From the NCBI GenBank assembly GCA_039091335.1, contig JAWCME010000002.1:1-64000 (forward strand): 64,000 nucleotides of DNA. The letters run 5' to 3'. Positions 1 to 9,149 of the stretch are shown here, piece after piece (positions within the stretch are counted from its first letter, which is position 1; every line of letters starts with the position of its first letter). The notes beneath the pieces are model-generated. The model made no database searches. It saw only the letters and a list, made by a program, of their open reading frames with translations, and was not told the DNA's origin. The DNA comes from Candidatus Aenigmatarchaeota archaeon. GTDB taxonomy: Archaea > Aenigmatarchaeota > Aenigmatarchaeia > CG10238-14 > SCSR01. Made by a program: the position numbers and the translations under genes.

Positions 1-143
1 CCGGCGTCTACGCTAAAATTAAACATTTGGTTTTTTATTCCACCATCTACAGCTTCTTGCTCAACTCTTATACTATTCCATGCAAAAACCATGGAAATTA
101 AAAGAAAGTAAATAGGAAAAAATAATAATACCTCTTTTTTCAT
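1..143 (-). CDS. 5' end of a secreted or surface protein (partial, runs off the window)
   Basis: Read by hand: ATG at 143 gives MKKEVLLFFPIYFLLISMVFA-WNSIRVEQEAVDGG..., a Sec-type signal peptide; GGAGA SD-like sequence upstream; frame stays open to the window edge. Confidence 0.7.
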   Translation of the reverse strand, partial: MKKEVLLFFPIYFLLISMVFAWNSIRVEQEAVDGGIKNQMFNFSVDA

Positions 144-182
144 TTTCTCCTATAAAATATTTAAGTTACTTAAAAAAAAACT

Positions 183-671
183 TTATTTTTTGGTTGTGTA
201 CTCACATCTTGTTTCCCTTGTGTTGACGACAATTTTACTAAAATCTTTTTTCCAATCTACCTCTATTACTGTTGTTTCTTTTGAAGGAAGAGGGTCTTTT
301 GGATTATTAATTATTTTTACCTTTGTGTTTTCAACAAAAATTTCAAAACCAGAAACAGAAAGTTTTCCTGTGTTAGCAACAGTTATTAATACATTTCCTT
401 CGTGGCTTCTCTCAACCCCCAAAATTTCTAAATTATAAAACACATCTTTTATCATTCCTATAGCTTCTCCTGTTGAAGTTGGAATTTTTGGAAATACTTT
501 TCCTATTATTGGTATGTTTCTTAAATCTTGTATAGAGCCAAAAATTAAGAACGAGGAAAACATTATAATGGCTATTAAAACTATGGTAATAAAAAGTGGC
601 TTAAGAATTCTAAGAAAAAAATAGGTCACTACAAATAAAATCAAAAAACCAATCAACAAAGGAAAGGGCAT
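183..671 (-). CDS. Membrane-anchored hypothetical protein with a C-terminal beta-sandwich (CARDB/pilin-like) domain
   Basis: Two N-terminal hydrophobic helices; ITVANTGK...LPSKETTVIEV pattern. Confidence 0.6.
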   Translation of the reverse strand: MPFPLLIGFLILFVVTYFFLRILKPLFITIVLIAIIMFSSFLIFGSIQDLRNIPIIGKVFPKIPTSTGEAIGMIKDVFYNLEILGVERSHEGNVLITVANTGKLSVSGFEIFVENTKVKIINNPKDPLPSKETTVIEVDWKKDFSKIVVNTRETRCEYTTKK

Positions 672-775
672 ATCTAAAATTAGACTTTAAAAATTAAAAA
701 AGTTGGTACTTTTTATTCTATTCAATCTTCCACTGGCAACGCCCTCGGTGGGATTTGAACCCACGGCCAACAGCT

Positions 776-786
776 CTCTTCTTGAA
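776..786 (-). other. tRNA intron at canonical 37/38 (TTCAAGAAGAG)
   Basis: Relaxed BHB/BHL: CTCC-TA|T...GAAG-AG|A closed by the anticodon stem; one C-A mismatch in the central helix. Confidence 0.8.
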
Positions 787-793
787 TAGGAGG

Positions 794-804
794 TTCAGCA
801 AAAT
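794..804 (-). other. tRNA intron at non-canonical 30/31 (ATTTTGCTGAA)
   Basis: Bulge-helix-loop: GAG-CAGC-AG|A-TTTT-GCTG-AA|C-CTC; perfect 4-bp central helix and 3-bp outer helix. Confidence 0.85.
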
Positions 805-872
805 CTGCTGCTCTATCCAAACTGAGCTACGAGGGCACGAATAATTTATTGTAGAATGAAATAATTAAAAAT

Positions 873-2201
873 ATGCTATCTTTAAAAGAATTGCGAATTG
901 TTGCAAAAAACATAGTAAAAAACATGAGGATAGGAAGAAAAACAAACCCAGGAGTAGAAAAAGCAAGAAAAAAATACGGTAGCTTTATAGAAAAAATATT
1001 AAATAAGAAATGTTTTGGAAAAAAAGGATTAAACGAAAAAGAGATAAAAATAATAGAAAAACTTAAGGACCCAGATTACGGTCCTTTAATTATCGAAAAA
1101 AATGGAAAATATTTAGTAAAAACAAAAATAGGAGAAACTGTTAGACTAGTTTATTCTAATGTTGATAAAGAATGCATAAAATTGGCAGAACTGATAAAGG
1201 AAGAGTGTTGGAAAAAAGGAGCACACGTCACAGACTTAACTTATAGTTCAGTAGAATCTAGGAAGCATTTAAAATTAATTCCTTTTGATACTGCAGCAGA
1301 ACTTCCTATTACTTCAAAGTTGTTTGCAGGAGCATATGATGCTAGAATATTTTTGGGCGAGGATGAAGACATAAATTGGGCTAAGGGGCTTGAAGAAAAA
1401 ATTAAAGCTGGGTCGCTTGCTTCTCAAAAAATTAGGGAAATAATAGATAGAAAAAAGGTTAGGTGGTGTTATTTTGGATGGCCAGTTAAAAAGAAAAGCA
1501 GTCAAATGTTTATACCTTATTATACTTATAGGAAGATATTCTACTCATCATTAAAACAAACATTTTCTAAGGAAACAAGGGAGTTATGTAGATATTATGC
1601 AAAATCCTTGGAAAACGGAGATGATGTTACTATAATAGCAAACGACGGAACAAACCTAAAATTTAGCATAAAAGGAAGGCCGATTTTAATTGCAGACGGC
1701 ATGATAGATGAGGAAGACATGAAAAGAGGAGAGGTTGGTCTTAACTTACCGGATGGAGAAGTTTTTGTTGCTCCAATCGAAAATTCTGCAAACGGTTTTA
1801 TAATTTTTGATTGGGTTTGTATTCATGGTTTTGGTCTTATAAAAAACTTGAAAGTAAAGTTTGAAAAAGGAAAAATAGTTTGGTTTGACTGTCCAAAGAA
1901 AAAAACATTTCAAAAATTCCTTGATGTAAACACAGGGGAAAAAGATAGAATAGCAGAGCTAGGTATTGGTGTAAATAAAGCCGCTGCCTTTACAGGCGAG
2001 ACAATAGTGGATGAAAAAATTTTTGGTACAATACATATTGCCATAGGAGAAAACAGAGGACCGTACCATGGAAAAAACAAAGCATCTTCTCATCAGGACA
2101 TGATCAAGGTTATGAAAGGAAAGGGAAATTTGTATGTTGATGGAAGGATTGTGATGAAGGATGGGTTTCCTGCATTCTATAGAAATAAAAAAAGTCATTA
2201 A
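873..2201 (+). CDS. Aminopeptidase, M29 (aminopeptidase T/AmpS) family
   Basis: NLPDGEVFVAP, AELGIG, DEKIFGTIHIAIG, HQD metal-binding motifs. Confidence 0.85.
   Translation: MLSLKELRIVAKNIVKNMRIGRKTNPGVEKARKKYGSFIEKILNKKCFGKKGLNEKEIKIIEKLKDPDYGPLIIEKNGKYLVKTKIGETVRLVYSNVDKECIKLAELIKEECWKKGAHVTDLTYSSVESRKHLKLIPFDTAAELPITSKLFAGAYDARIFLGEDEDINWAKGLEEKIKAGSLASQKIREIIDRKKVRWCYFGWPVKKKSSQMFIPYYTYRKIFYSSLKQTFSKETRELCRYYAKSLENGDDVTIIANDGTNLKFSIKGRPILIADGMIDEEDMKRGEVGLNLPDGEVFVAPIENSANGFIIFDWVCIHGFGLIKNLKVKFEKGKIVWFDCPKKKTFQKFLDVNTGEKDRIAELGIGVNKAAAFTGETIVDEKIFGTIHIAIGENRGPYHGKNKASSHQDMIKVMKGKGNLYVDGRIVMKDGFPAFYRNKKSH
1755..1795 (+). repeat. 41-bp perfect direct repeat, copy 1
   Basis: ggagaagtttttgttgctccaatcgaaaattctgcaaacgg, identical to 2695-2735. 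Confidence 0.9.
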
Positions 2202-3135
2202 GGATGCAATCAGACTAAAACCAAGGGAGAATGTTTTGATAGTTTATGATGAAGAAAAAGAAAGTATTGCTAACTTGTTTTTTAAAGCATGCGAGAGTAT
2301 AACTGAAGTTTATTCCTCGAGAATAAAGAAAAGGGAGGAAACAAGAAGAGAACCACCAAAAGCTATAGCAGAAGCGATGAAATTTTCTGACGTAATTCTT
2401 GCCATAACAAGCATTTCACTAACACATTCAAAAGCCATTAGAGATGCAATAAAGAGGGGGGCAAGAGTTGCTAGTATGCCTGGTTTGAATAAGAAAATGT
2501 TCCCGGCTTTGTTTGTGAATTATGAAAATATGAGAAAAGAATGTAAAAAACTAGCAAAAAAATTTAATGGTGTGAAGGAAATTAGAATAAAAACAAAACT
2601 CGGTACAAACCTTGTTTTAAATTGTGATAAAAGAAAAGTTAAGATTGATGATGGCATACTTGATAAAAAAGGAAACTTGCATAATTTACCGGCAGGAGAA
2701 GTTTTTGTTGCTCCAATCGAAAATTCTGCAAACGGAAAAATTGTTTTTGATGTTTGTATGAATAGTGTAGGAAAAATAAAAAATCCAATAAAAATTGAAG
2801 TTAGGAATGGTAGAATAGTAAAAATTTCTGGAAGAGAAGAAGCAAATAATTTTAAAAAAATTTTGAGCAAGGCAGATAAAAACTCTAATGTGCTTTGTGA
2901 GTTCTCAATCGGAATGAACAAAAACGCAAAAATTGTTGGTGAAGTTTTAAACGACGAAAAGGTTTTTGGCACTTGTCATGTTGCTTTTGGAGATAATAAA
3001 AATATTGGTGGAAAAAACAAGAGTAATGTGCATTTGGATGGAGTAATTAATAAACCCACAATTTGGCTTGATGGAAAAATTTTAATGAAGGAAGGTGTGT
3101 TTGATGAGTGCCATTGGAAGAAAAAAAATTCGTGA
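2161..3135 (+). CDS. Aminopeptidase, M29-related (tandem paralog)
   Basis: NLPAGEVFVAP, CEFSIG, DEKVFGTCHVAFG, HLD motifs. Confidence 0.85.
   Translation: MGFLHSIEIKKVIKDAIRLKPRENVLIVYDEEKESIANLFFKACESITEVYSSRIKKREETRREPPKAIAEAMKFSDVILAITSISLTHSKAIRDAIKRGARVASMPGLNKKMFPALFVNYENMRKECKKLAKKFNGVKEIRIKTKLGTNLVLNCDKRKVKIDDGILDKKGNLHNLPAGEVFVAPIENSANGKIVFDVCMNSVGKIKNPIKIEVRNGRIVKISGREEANNFKKILSKADKNSNVLCEFSIGMNKNAKIVGEVLNDEKVFGTCHVAFGDNKNIGGKNKSNVHLDGVINKPTIWLDGKILMKEGVFDECHWKKKNS
2695..2735 (+). repeat. 41-bp perfect direct repeat, copy 2
   Basis: Identical to 1755-1795. Confidence 0.9.
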
Positions 3136-4210
3136 GCTAAGAAGTTTTATGGAAGAAAATTCAATAGATTTAGTTTTAATAAAAGACGAAGCCAATGCAA
3201 GATACTTTTCATCTTTTTTTGGAGCATCTGTTATTGCCATAGATATGACGAAAAGAATTTTGTTTGTTTCTCCGATAGATTTTGAAAGAGCAGAAAAACA
3301 GGCAGATGTGGAGGAGATATTGAATATAAAGGATTTTTCAAACAACTATGAAAATGCGATATCAAAAACATTCAAGGGATGTAAAAAAGTTGGAATAGTT
3401 AAGTCAAGTTTTTCTTTATCATTTTTTGAGAGGTTAAAAAAGAGATTAAAAGCTTCTTTTGTTGATTTAGAAAATTTTTTGATTGAGCTTAGGTCTGTTA
3501 AGTTAGAAGAGGAAATAAGTTTAATTAAAAAATCGTGTAAAATTACTAATTTTGGTATAAGTATTATACAGGAGCTTCTTGAAGATATTAAAGGGGGACG
3601 GAAAATAAGCGAGAAAGAACTTGCGTTTATTCTTGAAAAGGAATTAATAGAAAGGGGCGCCGAGAAACCATCGTTTGAAACGATTGTAGCTTCGGGGTTA
3701 AGATCTTTTTTCCCACACCCTCATCCACCTTCTTCAAACAACTTAATTAAAAATTATGGGATGATTGATTTTGGAAGTGTTTATAAAGGATATTGTTCTG
3801 ATGTAACTGTTCCATTTGTTATAGGATGTGTGAAGGAAAAACAAAGGCTGATAATCGAGGCACTTAAAGAGGCATACAAAATTGCGACCTATTCTGTAAA
3901 AATAAATAAACCTACATGGGAGGTTTATAAAGAAGTTGAAGATTTTATTAATTCTAGGGGGTATGAATTAAAACACGCCCTTGGTCACGGTCTTGGGCTA
4001 ACAGTTCATGACTATCCTTCGATATCACCAAAACCAAAAGACAAAATTCAACTAAAAGAATGGAAAGAAGTTAAGTTTAAAGAAAAAATGATATTTACTA
4101 TAGAACCAGGAATATATTCTTCTAATACTGGATTTAGACTTGAAAATGATTTTATTCTAAAGAAGGATGGAATGAAACAAATCACAAACTCCTTTTTTTT
4201 AGAAATTTAA
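3104..4210 (+). CDS. Xaa-Pro peptidase / prolidase, M24 family
   Basis: DFG-x-YKGYCSD, HALGHGLGLTVHD, TIEPGIY, RLEND; ATG at 3104 preferred over the ORF-track start at 3095. Confidence 0.9.
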   Translation: MSAIGRKKIRELRSFMEENSIDLVLIKDEANARYFSSFFGASVIAIDMTKRILFVSPIDFERAEKQADVEEILNIKDFSNNYENAISKTFKGCKKVGIVKSSFSLSFFERLKKRLKASFVDLENFLIELRSVKLEEEISLIKKSCKITNFGISIIQELLEDIKGGRKISEKELAFILEKELIERGAEKPSFETIVASGLRSFFPHPHPPSSNNLIKNYGMIDFGSVYKGYCSDVTVPFVIGCVKEKQRLIIEALKEAYKIATYSVKINKPTWEVYKEVEDFINSRGYELKHALGHGLGLTVHDYPSISPKPKDKIQLKEWKEVKFKEKMIFTIEPGIYSSNTGFRLENDFILKKDGMKQITNSFFLEI

Positions 4211-4234
4211 GCTTTTAAACTAAATATTTTATAG

Positions 4235-4762
4235 ATGTGTCTTGAAGAAATAAAGAAAATGTTTAACTTTGAAAAGTTTATTAGAGGAAAAAACATTGGA
4301 GTTATGGAAGTTTTTAAAGTTGTTGCATCGGCTTCATTGGTACCAGCAATTGTTTTTTGCTTCTTGAGTATTCTTTTACCTTTACGTGTAATATTGCCAA
4401 TGAGGAAATTTATACAGTCTCCAATAACAATTTTTATAACAGTAGAAATAAGTTTAATAATTGCCTTTACGGCAATCTCTGTCTTAATCCATATTTTTAC
4501 GATGTTATTCAAAGGAAAGGGAAAATATGAAGATACCCTGAATGTTTGTGGTGCAGCAGCTCTCCCACTTCTTCTATTCGGTTGGATTACACTTCTAAAC
4601 ATTTGGGCATCGATTCTTTCTATAACGATATTGGTATGGGGAATAAGTGTGAAACAAAAAATTTCAATAATGAAGGCTGCAGCAGCGGTTTCACTTCCAG
4701 TAATTTTGTTAACAATTCTTATGGTAGGGATTTTAATAAAGATCCCAGCGTTTTACTTTTAG
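4235..4762 (+). CDS. Yip1-like multi-pass membrane protein
   Basis: About five hydrophobic segments; HIFTMLFKGKGKYEDT loop typical of YIP1 proteins. Confidence 0.6.
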   Translation: MCLEEIKKMFNFEKFIRGKNIGVMEVFKVVASASLVPAIVFCFLSILLPLRVILPMRKFIQSPITIFITVEISLIIAFTAISVLIHIFTMLFKGKGKYEDTLNVCGAAALPLLLFGWITLLNIWASILSITILVWGISVKQKISIMKAAAAVSLPVILLTILMVGILIKIPAFYF

Positions 4763-6564
4763 ACAAGAACTCTTATTTTTTTCTTTTCAATAATAGCCCT
4801 AACTAGTTCAACCCCAATATCAGAAGTTTTTTTAACGCTTATTTTTCCCCTTTTACCTATTGTAGCAGAGAACAAAAACCTTTCGCCAACATAGATGCTT
4901 GCTATATTTTCTATAAATTTTTTGTCAAAAATAAGTTCTATGCTATTCCCCTTTTCGATAATTTCAAAAGATATTTCCTTTCCAAGTGCAGGAATTCTTG
5001 GTTCAACTTCTATATGTATACCAAGTCTTTCTTCTATGTTTGAGATTGTACTTCCATTTTTTCCTATCAGACGTGGAATTATTCTGTTTTCGACTTTGGC
5101 AACAGCACAATCTTCCGAAACAAGCTCTACTTCTGCATTCTGGTCGAACTTTCTTATTTCTTGTAATATCCTTTCGATAGCGAGTTTTTTTATAGAAGAT
5201 ATTTTTTCTTCCTTTACAGGAACAACAACATTTTCTTCACCATATGTATAAACTTCATATTCAAGTGCATCTGTTTCAAAATCTCTTACTTCTATAACGG
5301 GTCTTGCTAAATCTGCTTCTGTCATGCCGCTTGGAACCTTAACGGTCATGCTAAGTTTATAGACCTTTTTTATTTCTCCCCCTTCTATATGGATTATTGT
5401 ATCTATTATGTTTGGAAGCATTCCAAGTTCAATCCTTCCTATAAATCTTTGAATGGCGTCTATAGGATCTGTTGCATGTACAGTGCCTATCATTCCAATT
5501 CCACTAAGCCTTAAGTCTGCAAAAACCTCAAAATCTTTTGTTTTTTTTACTTCGTCAAATATAACATAGTCGGGTCTTACAAGTAGCAATATCTCTGCAC
5601 TCTTCTCAAAACTTCCTTCTATTGGTCGATACTGTGTTATCTCTTCACTAACTTGCATATCTCTTGGTGACTCTAAGGTTTTTACCACTGCTTTTTTCTT
5701 CTTCAAGTAAAATTCAGCAAGACTAGAAGCAAAACATGTTTTTCCGGCTCCTGGCGGGCCAGAAATTATTATTCCCTCTGCCTTTTTCTTTAGCCTTTCT
5801 ATTAACTTTTCAGAAATTTTATAATCTTCAAGTCTAAGCTTAACTATTGGTCTAACTATTGTTACCTCTATCCTGTCTGAAAACGGAGGCCTTGCTATCG
5901 CTATCCTATAGTTTCCAAGCTGCAGAACCAAAACACCGCTCATAGAGATTTCAACAAAAGCCTCTTCAGAAATTCTAGTAGCTTCAGATATCTCCCTTAT
6001 TATTTCCTCAATCTCCCATTTTTCGCAAGGCTTCTCCCTAACTTTTACAAGCTCAAAGTTTCCTGGCTTCCCTCTCTTCGCAAGAGGAGGGACATTCTCT
6101 TTTAGATGCAAACTTAATGTGTCTTCAGTAAAAAAACTCTCAAATTTTAATCCAGTCGTTTTTATTTCGGCAGGTATATATTCTACCTTAACTCCTTCTG
6201 CCTCTGCAACAAGGGCTTGAACATAGTCAGCAGTATATAGTATGCCATTTTCATTCTTTGCAACGTCTCTTATTAACGCATCTAGCCTTCCAGCATGAGC
6301 AAGCTTTATTTCATCTATTCCAGGTCTTTCTCCACTAAATCTTATTTTTATTCCTTTTTTCTCGCAAATCTTCCTTATTTTTTTCAATTCGTCTAAACCT
6401 ATAAATCCAGGTTCCCTTCCTTTTGACGCTTGGGCTTGAAGCTCGTCTAATACAGCAATTGGTATAACTATTTCAACCTCCTTTAGTCTTTCTGACTCAA
6501 GAAGTTCCGATATTTTTCCGTCTATAATTATTGATGTGTCTGGTACTATCTTCAACTTCTCCAT
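4759..6564 (-). CDS. PIN domain-ATPase-KH protein (PINA-type)
   Basis: N-terminal PIN (VPDTS, DEL, TAD), Walker A GPPGAGKT, Walker B VIFDE, KH motif IGKNG. Confidence 0.9.
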   Translation of the reverse strand: MEKLKIVPDTSIIIDGKISELLESERLKEVEIVIPIAVLDELQAQASKGREPGFIGLDELKKIRKICEKKGIKIRFSGERPGIDEIKLAHAGRLDALIRDVAKNENGILYTADYVQALVAEAEGVKVEYIPAEIKTTGLKFESFFTEDTLSLHLKENVPPLAKRGKPGNFELVKVREKPCEKWEIEEIIREISEATRISEEAFVEISMSGVLVLQLGNYRIAIARPPFSDRIEVTIVRPIVKLRLEDYKISEKLIERLKKKAEGIIISGPPGAGKTCFASSLAEFYLKKKKAVVKTLESPRDMQVSEEITQYRPIEGSFEKSAEILLLVRPDYVIFDEVKKTKDFEVFADLRLSGIGMIGTVHATDPIDAIQRFIGRIELGMLPNIIDTIIHIEGGEIKKVYKLSMTVKVPSGMTEADLARPVIEVRDFETDALEYEVYTYGEENVVVPVKEEKISSIKKLAIERILQEIRKFDQNAEVELVSEDCAVAKVENRIIPRLIGKNGSTISNIEERLGIHIEVEPRIPALGKEISFEIIEKGNSIELIFDKKFIENIASIYVGERFLFSATIGKRGKISVKKTSDIGVELVRAIIEKKKIRVLV

Positions 6565-6764
6565 TTTTCTCACTTGAAAGTATATTATTTCTATTATTTA
6601 TATGAAATTGAAATTAAGAAAAATTGAAATAAATTAAAAATATTTATTTTATTTTCTAATTTCTTTTTAAAAAAAATATTAAATTCAAAATAAATTTTGA
6701 TTTTGTTATAAAACAGCATAGAAAAAAATTTAAAAACTTAGAAAAAATAAGAAAACAGATAGCT

Positions 6765-6866
6765 ATGGAAACCTGTCCGGAGTGTGGAAGCAAGAGACTT
6801 ATCAATAAAAACAACACTTTAATCTGTAATTCGTGTGGTGTTATAATCGAAGAGAACTATTTATGA
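6765..6866 (+). CDS. 33-aa stand-alone TFIIB-type zinc ribbon protein
   Basis: Not in ORF track; METCPECGSKRLINKNNTLICNSCGVIIEENYL*; CPECGS...CxxCGxIIEE matches the TFB N-terminal ribbon; AT-rich promoter region upstream. Confidence 0.75.
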   Translation: METCPECGSKRLINKNNTLICNSCGVIIEENYL

Positions 6867-6888
6867 AATGTTTGATGACACGAGATGA

Positions 6889-8184
6889 TTAGCTATTAAT
6901 ACCCACTTTTAAAAAATTAACAATCTCTTCTCGTTTAACTTCAAATTCCTTTCCTCTCCTCAAATCCTTTACTTTTATTATGCCAGAAATCATTTCCTTC
7001 TTCCCGATTATGACAGCAAATGGAATCCCTAAAGAATTACAGTATTCAAGCTGTTTTTTAATGTTTCTATTCATGAGGTCGGTTTGAGTACTTATTTCTT
7101 CCTTTCTCAATTCTTGCGCAATTTTTATTGCAGCTTCTTTTGAAGCACTATCAATATTTGCAACAAAAACCCTAACATTTGTTTTTGGCACTTTTATCAT
7201 TCTTCCTTCTTTTATAATTTCTATTATTCTCTCAATCCCCAGGCTTATTCCTGTTGCGGGGGTTGGTTTCCCTCCAAGAAGTTCTATTAAATTATCATAC
7301 CTTCCTCCACCAGCCACACTTCCAATTTTCTCCTCCCCCCCAACGACTATCTCGAAAATCGGGCCAGTATAATAATCCAGCCCACGGGCTAAACCAAAAT
7401 CTATTTTTAAGAATTTTTCAATGCCATAATTTTTGCTAATTTCGTATATTTCTTTCAATTCGTTTATTCCTTCTTCAGCAACCTTTATTCCCTTGAAAAT
7501 TTTTCTTCCGATTTCTATTTTTCCTTCTGTGTTTAAAATTTCAATTATCTTTTCAACTTGGAAATTTTCCAAGCCAATTTTTTTTAGTTCCTTTTTTACA
7601 AAACTCCCCCCAAACTTATCAATTTTGTCTATTGCTCTAAACACATCCAATTTTTTTTCTTTTTCAACTTTGAGAAGCTCAAGCATACCTTCAAGTATTT
7701 TTCTGTTGTTAATTATTACGTTAATGTTTTCGAATCCAAGTTTTTTAAGACAATCTATCGCACATGAAATGCACTCTACTTCTGCCTCCATGCTTTTTGT
7801 TCCAACTATGTCAATATCGCACTGATAGAATTGTCTTCTCCTCCCCCTTGTTATTTCTTCGTACCTCCAAACAGGAGCAATATAATATCTTTTAAATGGT
7901 TTTGGAAGTTGTGGGTTATTTGCAATTACCCTTGCCATTCCTACAGTAAGGTCAAACCTTAGTCCAAGCTCTCTTCCTGCCTTATCCTTAAATCTAAATA
8001 TCTGTTTTTTAATCTCCTCCCCACATTTTTTAGTCAACAAATCCCAATCTTCAAAAATAGGGGTTTCCAGACACTCAAAACCATAGGCTATAAAAACATC
8101 TTTTATTTTGTTTATTACATATTCCCTCAGTACCATATCTTCTGGTAAAAAGTCGGTTGTTCCTTTTGGCGGTTTAAACCCCAT
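6889..8184 (-). CDS. hisS: Histidine--tRNA ligase
   Basis: PKGTTDF, LRFDLT, RQFYQCD, ARGLDYYTG, GGGRYD. Confidence 0.97.
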   Translation of the reverse strand: MGFKPPKGTTDFLPEDMVLREYVINKIKDVFIAYGFECLETPIFEDWDLLTKKCGEEIKKQIFRFKDKAGRELGLRFDLTVGMARVIANNPQLPKPFKRYYIAPVWRYEEITRGRRRQFYQCDIDIVGTKSMEAEVECISCAIDCLKKLGFENINVIINNRKILEGMLELLKVEKEKKLDVFRAIDKIDKFGGSFVKKELKKIGLENFQVEKIIEILNTEGKIEIGRKIFKGIKVAEEGINELKEIYEISKNYGIEKFLKIDFGLARGLDYYTGPIFEIVVGGEEKIGSVAGGGRYDNLIELLGGKPTPATGISLGIERIIEIIKEGRMIKVPKTNVRVFVANIDSASKEAAIKIAQELRKEEISTQTDLMNRNIKKQLEYCNSLGIPFAVIIGKKEMISGIIKVKDLRRGKEFEVKREEIVNFLKVGINS

Positions 8185-8234
8185 ATTTTATATTACTAAT
8201 GAAATTTAGAAATAATTTTAAACCTTTTAAGTTA

Positions 8235-8552
8235 TTAAACAATATACATCTCTCTATTAAATGCACGATAAAAAAATTCTCCTATTAGCCCATTAAGCGC
8301 TATCAACTTATAAATTGTACTAATATCCTCTCCTTTCTTTTTTGCTACGTGGATGTATTTACTTAGAGTTGAATGTAATGTTTCTTCAGCAACACAGAAA
8401 GATATTTTACTATTTTTAACTTTAGCTGCTATTAAAGCAGCGGTTTTTATAAAATTATCGATCGTTTCAGTAGTTTTAGAATCCTTCAAAAAAAACTCAA
8501 AAGTTTTTATAAACACATCCCTATCTTCTTCTAAGGTACTCACGCATAGCAC
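8235..8552 (-). CDS. Hypothetical protein (start possibly GTG at 8543)
   Basis: Fills the gap and overlaps the upstream ORF; no motif recognised. Confidence 0.5.
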   Translation of the reverse strand: MLCVSTLEEDRDVFIKTFEFFLKDSKTTETIDNFIKTAALIAAKVKNSKISFCVAEETLHSTLSKYIHVAKKKGEDISTIYKLIALNGLIGEFFYRAFNREMYIV

Positions 8553-9015
8553 CTTCTACGATATTTCCTATTTCTTTATCTTCTCTTAAAATTTTTTGAA
8601 TGGCCTTTGCTAACCTCTTATAATCTACTCTTTCTGCCCCCATTTCTTCTACTTTTTTTGATGCAATTCCATAAACTCCCTCAACAAGAAACCTTCCCAA
8701 ATCGACAAGAACATCCGTAGTTAATTCTCCTTTGTGCATATAGTCCTTTATTCTTTTTTTAACATCTTCTATTATGTTAGACGCCAAAGTCGTGTATTTT
8801 TCTTCCAACACTCTTTTTTCTTCAAGCCTTTTGTTTATTACTTGAAATACAGTAAAAAGAATTAAAGCAAATGAAACAAAAAAACTAACCATACTTCCTA
8901 TTGTTAGTATAAATTTACCCGTTGTAGTCGGCTCTAATGGTTTTAAAAATAGAAGTAAATATATACCAATCAAAGCTAAAACAGTTCCAACAACAATTCT
9001 GACTCTTATCTTCAT
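8521..9015 (-). CDS. Hypothetical membrane protein
   Basis: Two N-terminal transmembrane helices followed by a charged helical region. Confidence 0.6.
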   Translation of the reverse strand: MKIRVRIVVGTVLALIGIYLLLFLKPLEPTTTGKFILTIGSMVSFFVSFALILFTVFQVINKRLEEKRVLEEKYTTLASNIIEDVKKRIKDYMHKGELTTDVLVDLGRFLVEGVYGIASKKVEEMGAERVDYKRLAKAIQKILREDKEIGNIVEGAMREYLRRR

Positions 9016-9149
9016 TAATACTAACTAAGAACTCAAAGTTTAAATAAATTTAATAAATTTTATATATAATTTTATAGTGGGTAAAATGAAGAGTGATGGA
9101 CGGATTGTGTGATTTAAAAATTCATAATACTAATTCTAAAAATAGTTTT

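Larger units (their letters stand above)
740..836 (-). tRNA. tRNA-Arg(CCU) with two 11-nt introns (positions 30/31 and 37/38)
   Basis: Acceptor stem GCCCTCG/CGAGGGC, D arm GCTC/GAGC, T arm GTGGG-TTCAAAT-CCCAC; removing 794-804 and 776-786 gives anticodon arm GCAGC-CT-CCT-AA-GCTGT and a 75-nt tRNA. Confidence 0.9.

Noticed and set aside
6575..6760. Very AT-rich intergenic region as a possible replication origin
   Set aside because: No ORB-like repeats and no adjacent orc1/cdc6; divergent promoters explain it
6870..6892. TGATGA box C-like motif between the zinc-ribbon ORF and hisS
   Set aside because: No matching D box and too little room
9076..9115. Purine-rich intergenic stretch with ATGAAGA/GTGATG, resembling a C/D box sRNA
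   Set aside because: No CTGA D or D' boxes at suitable spacing
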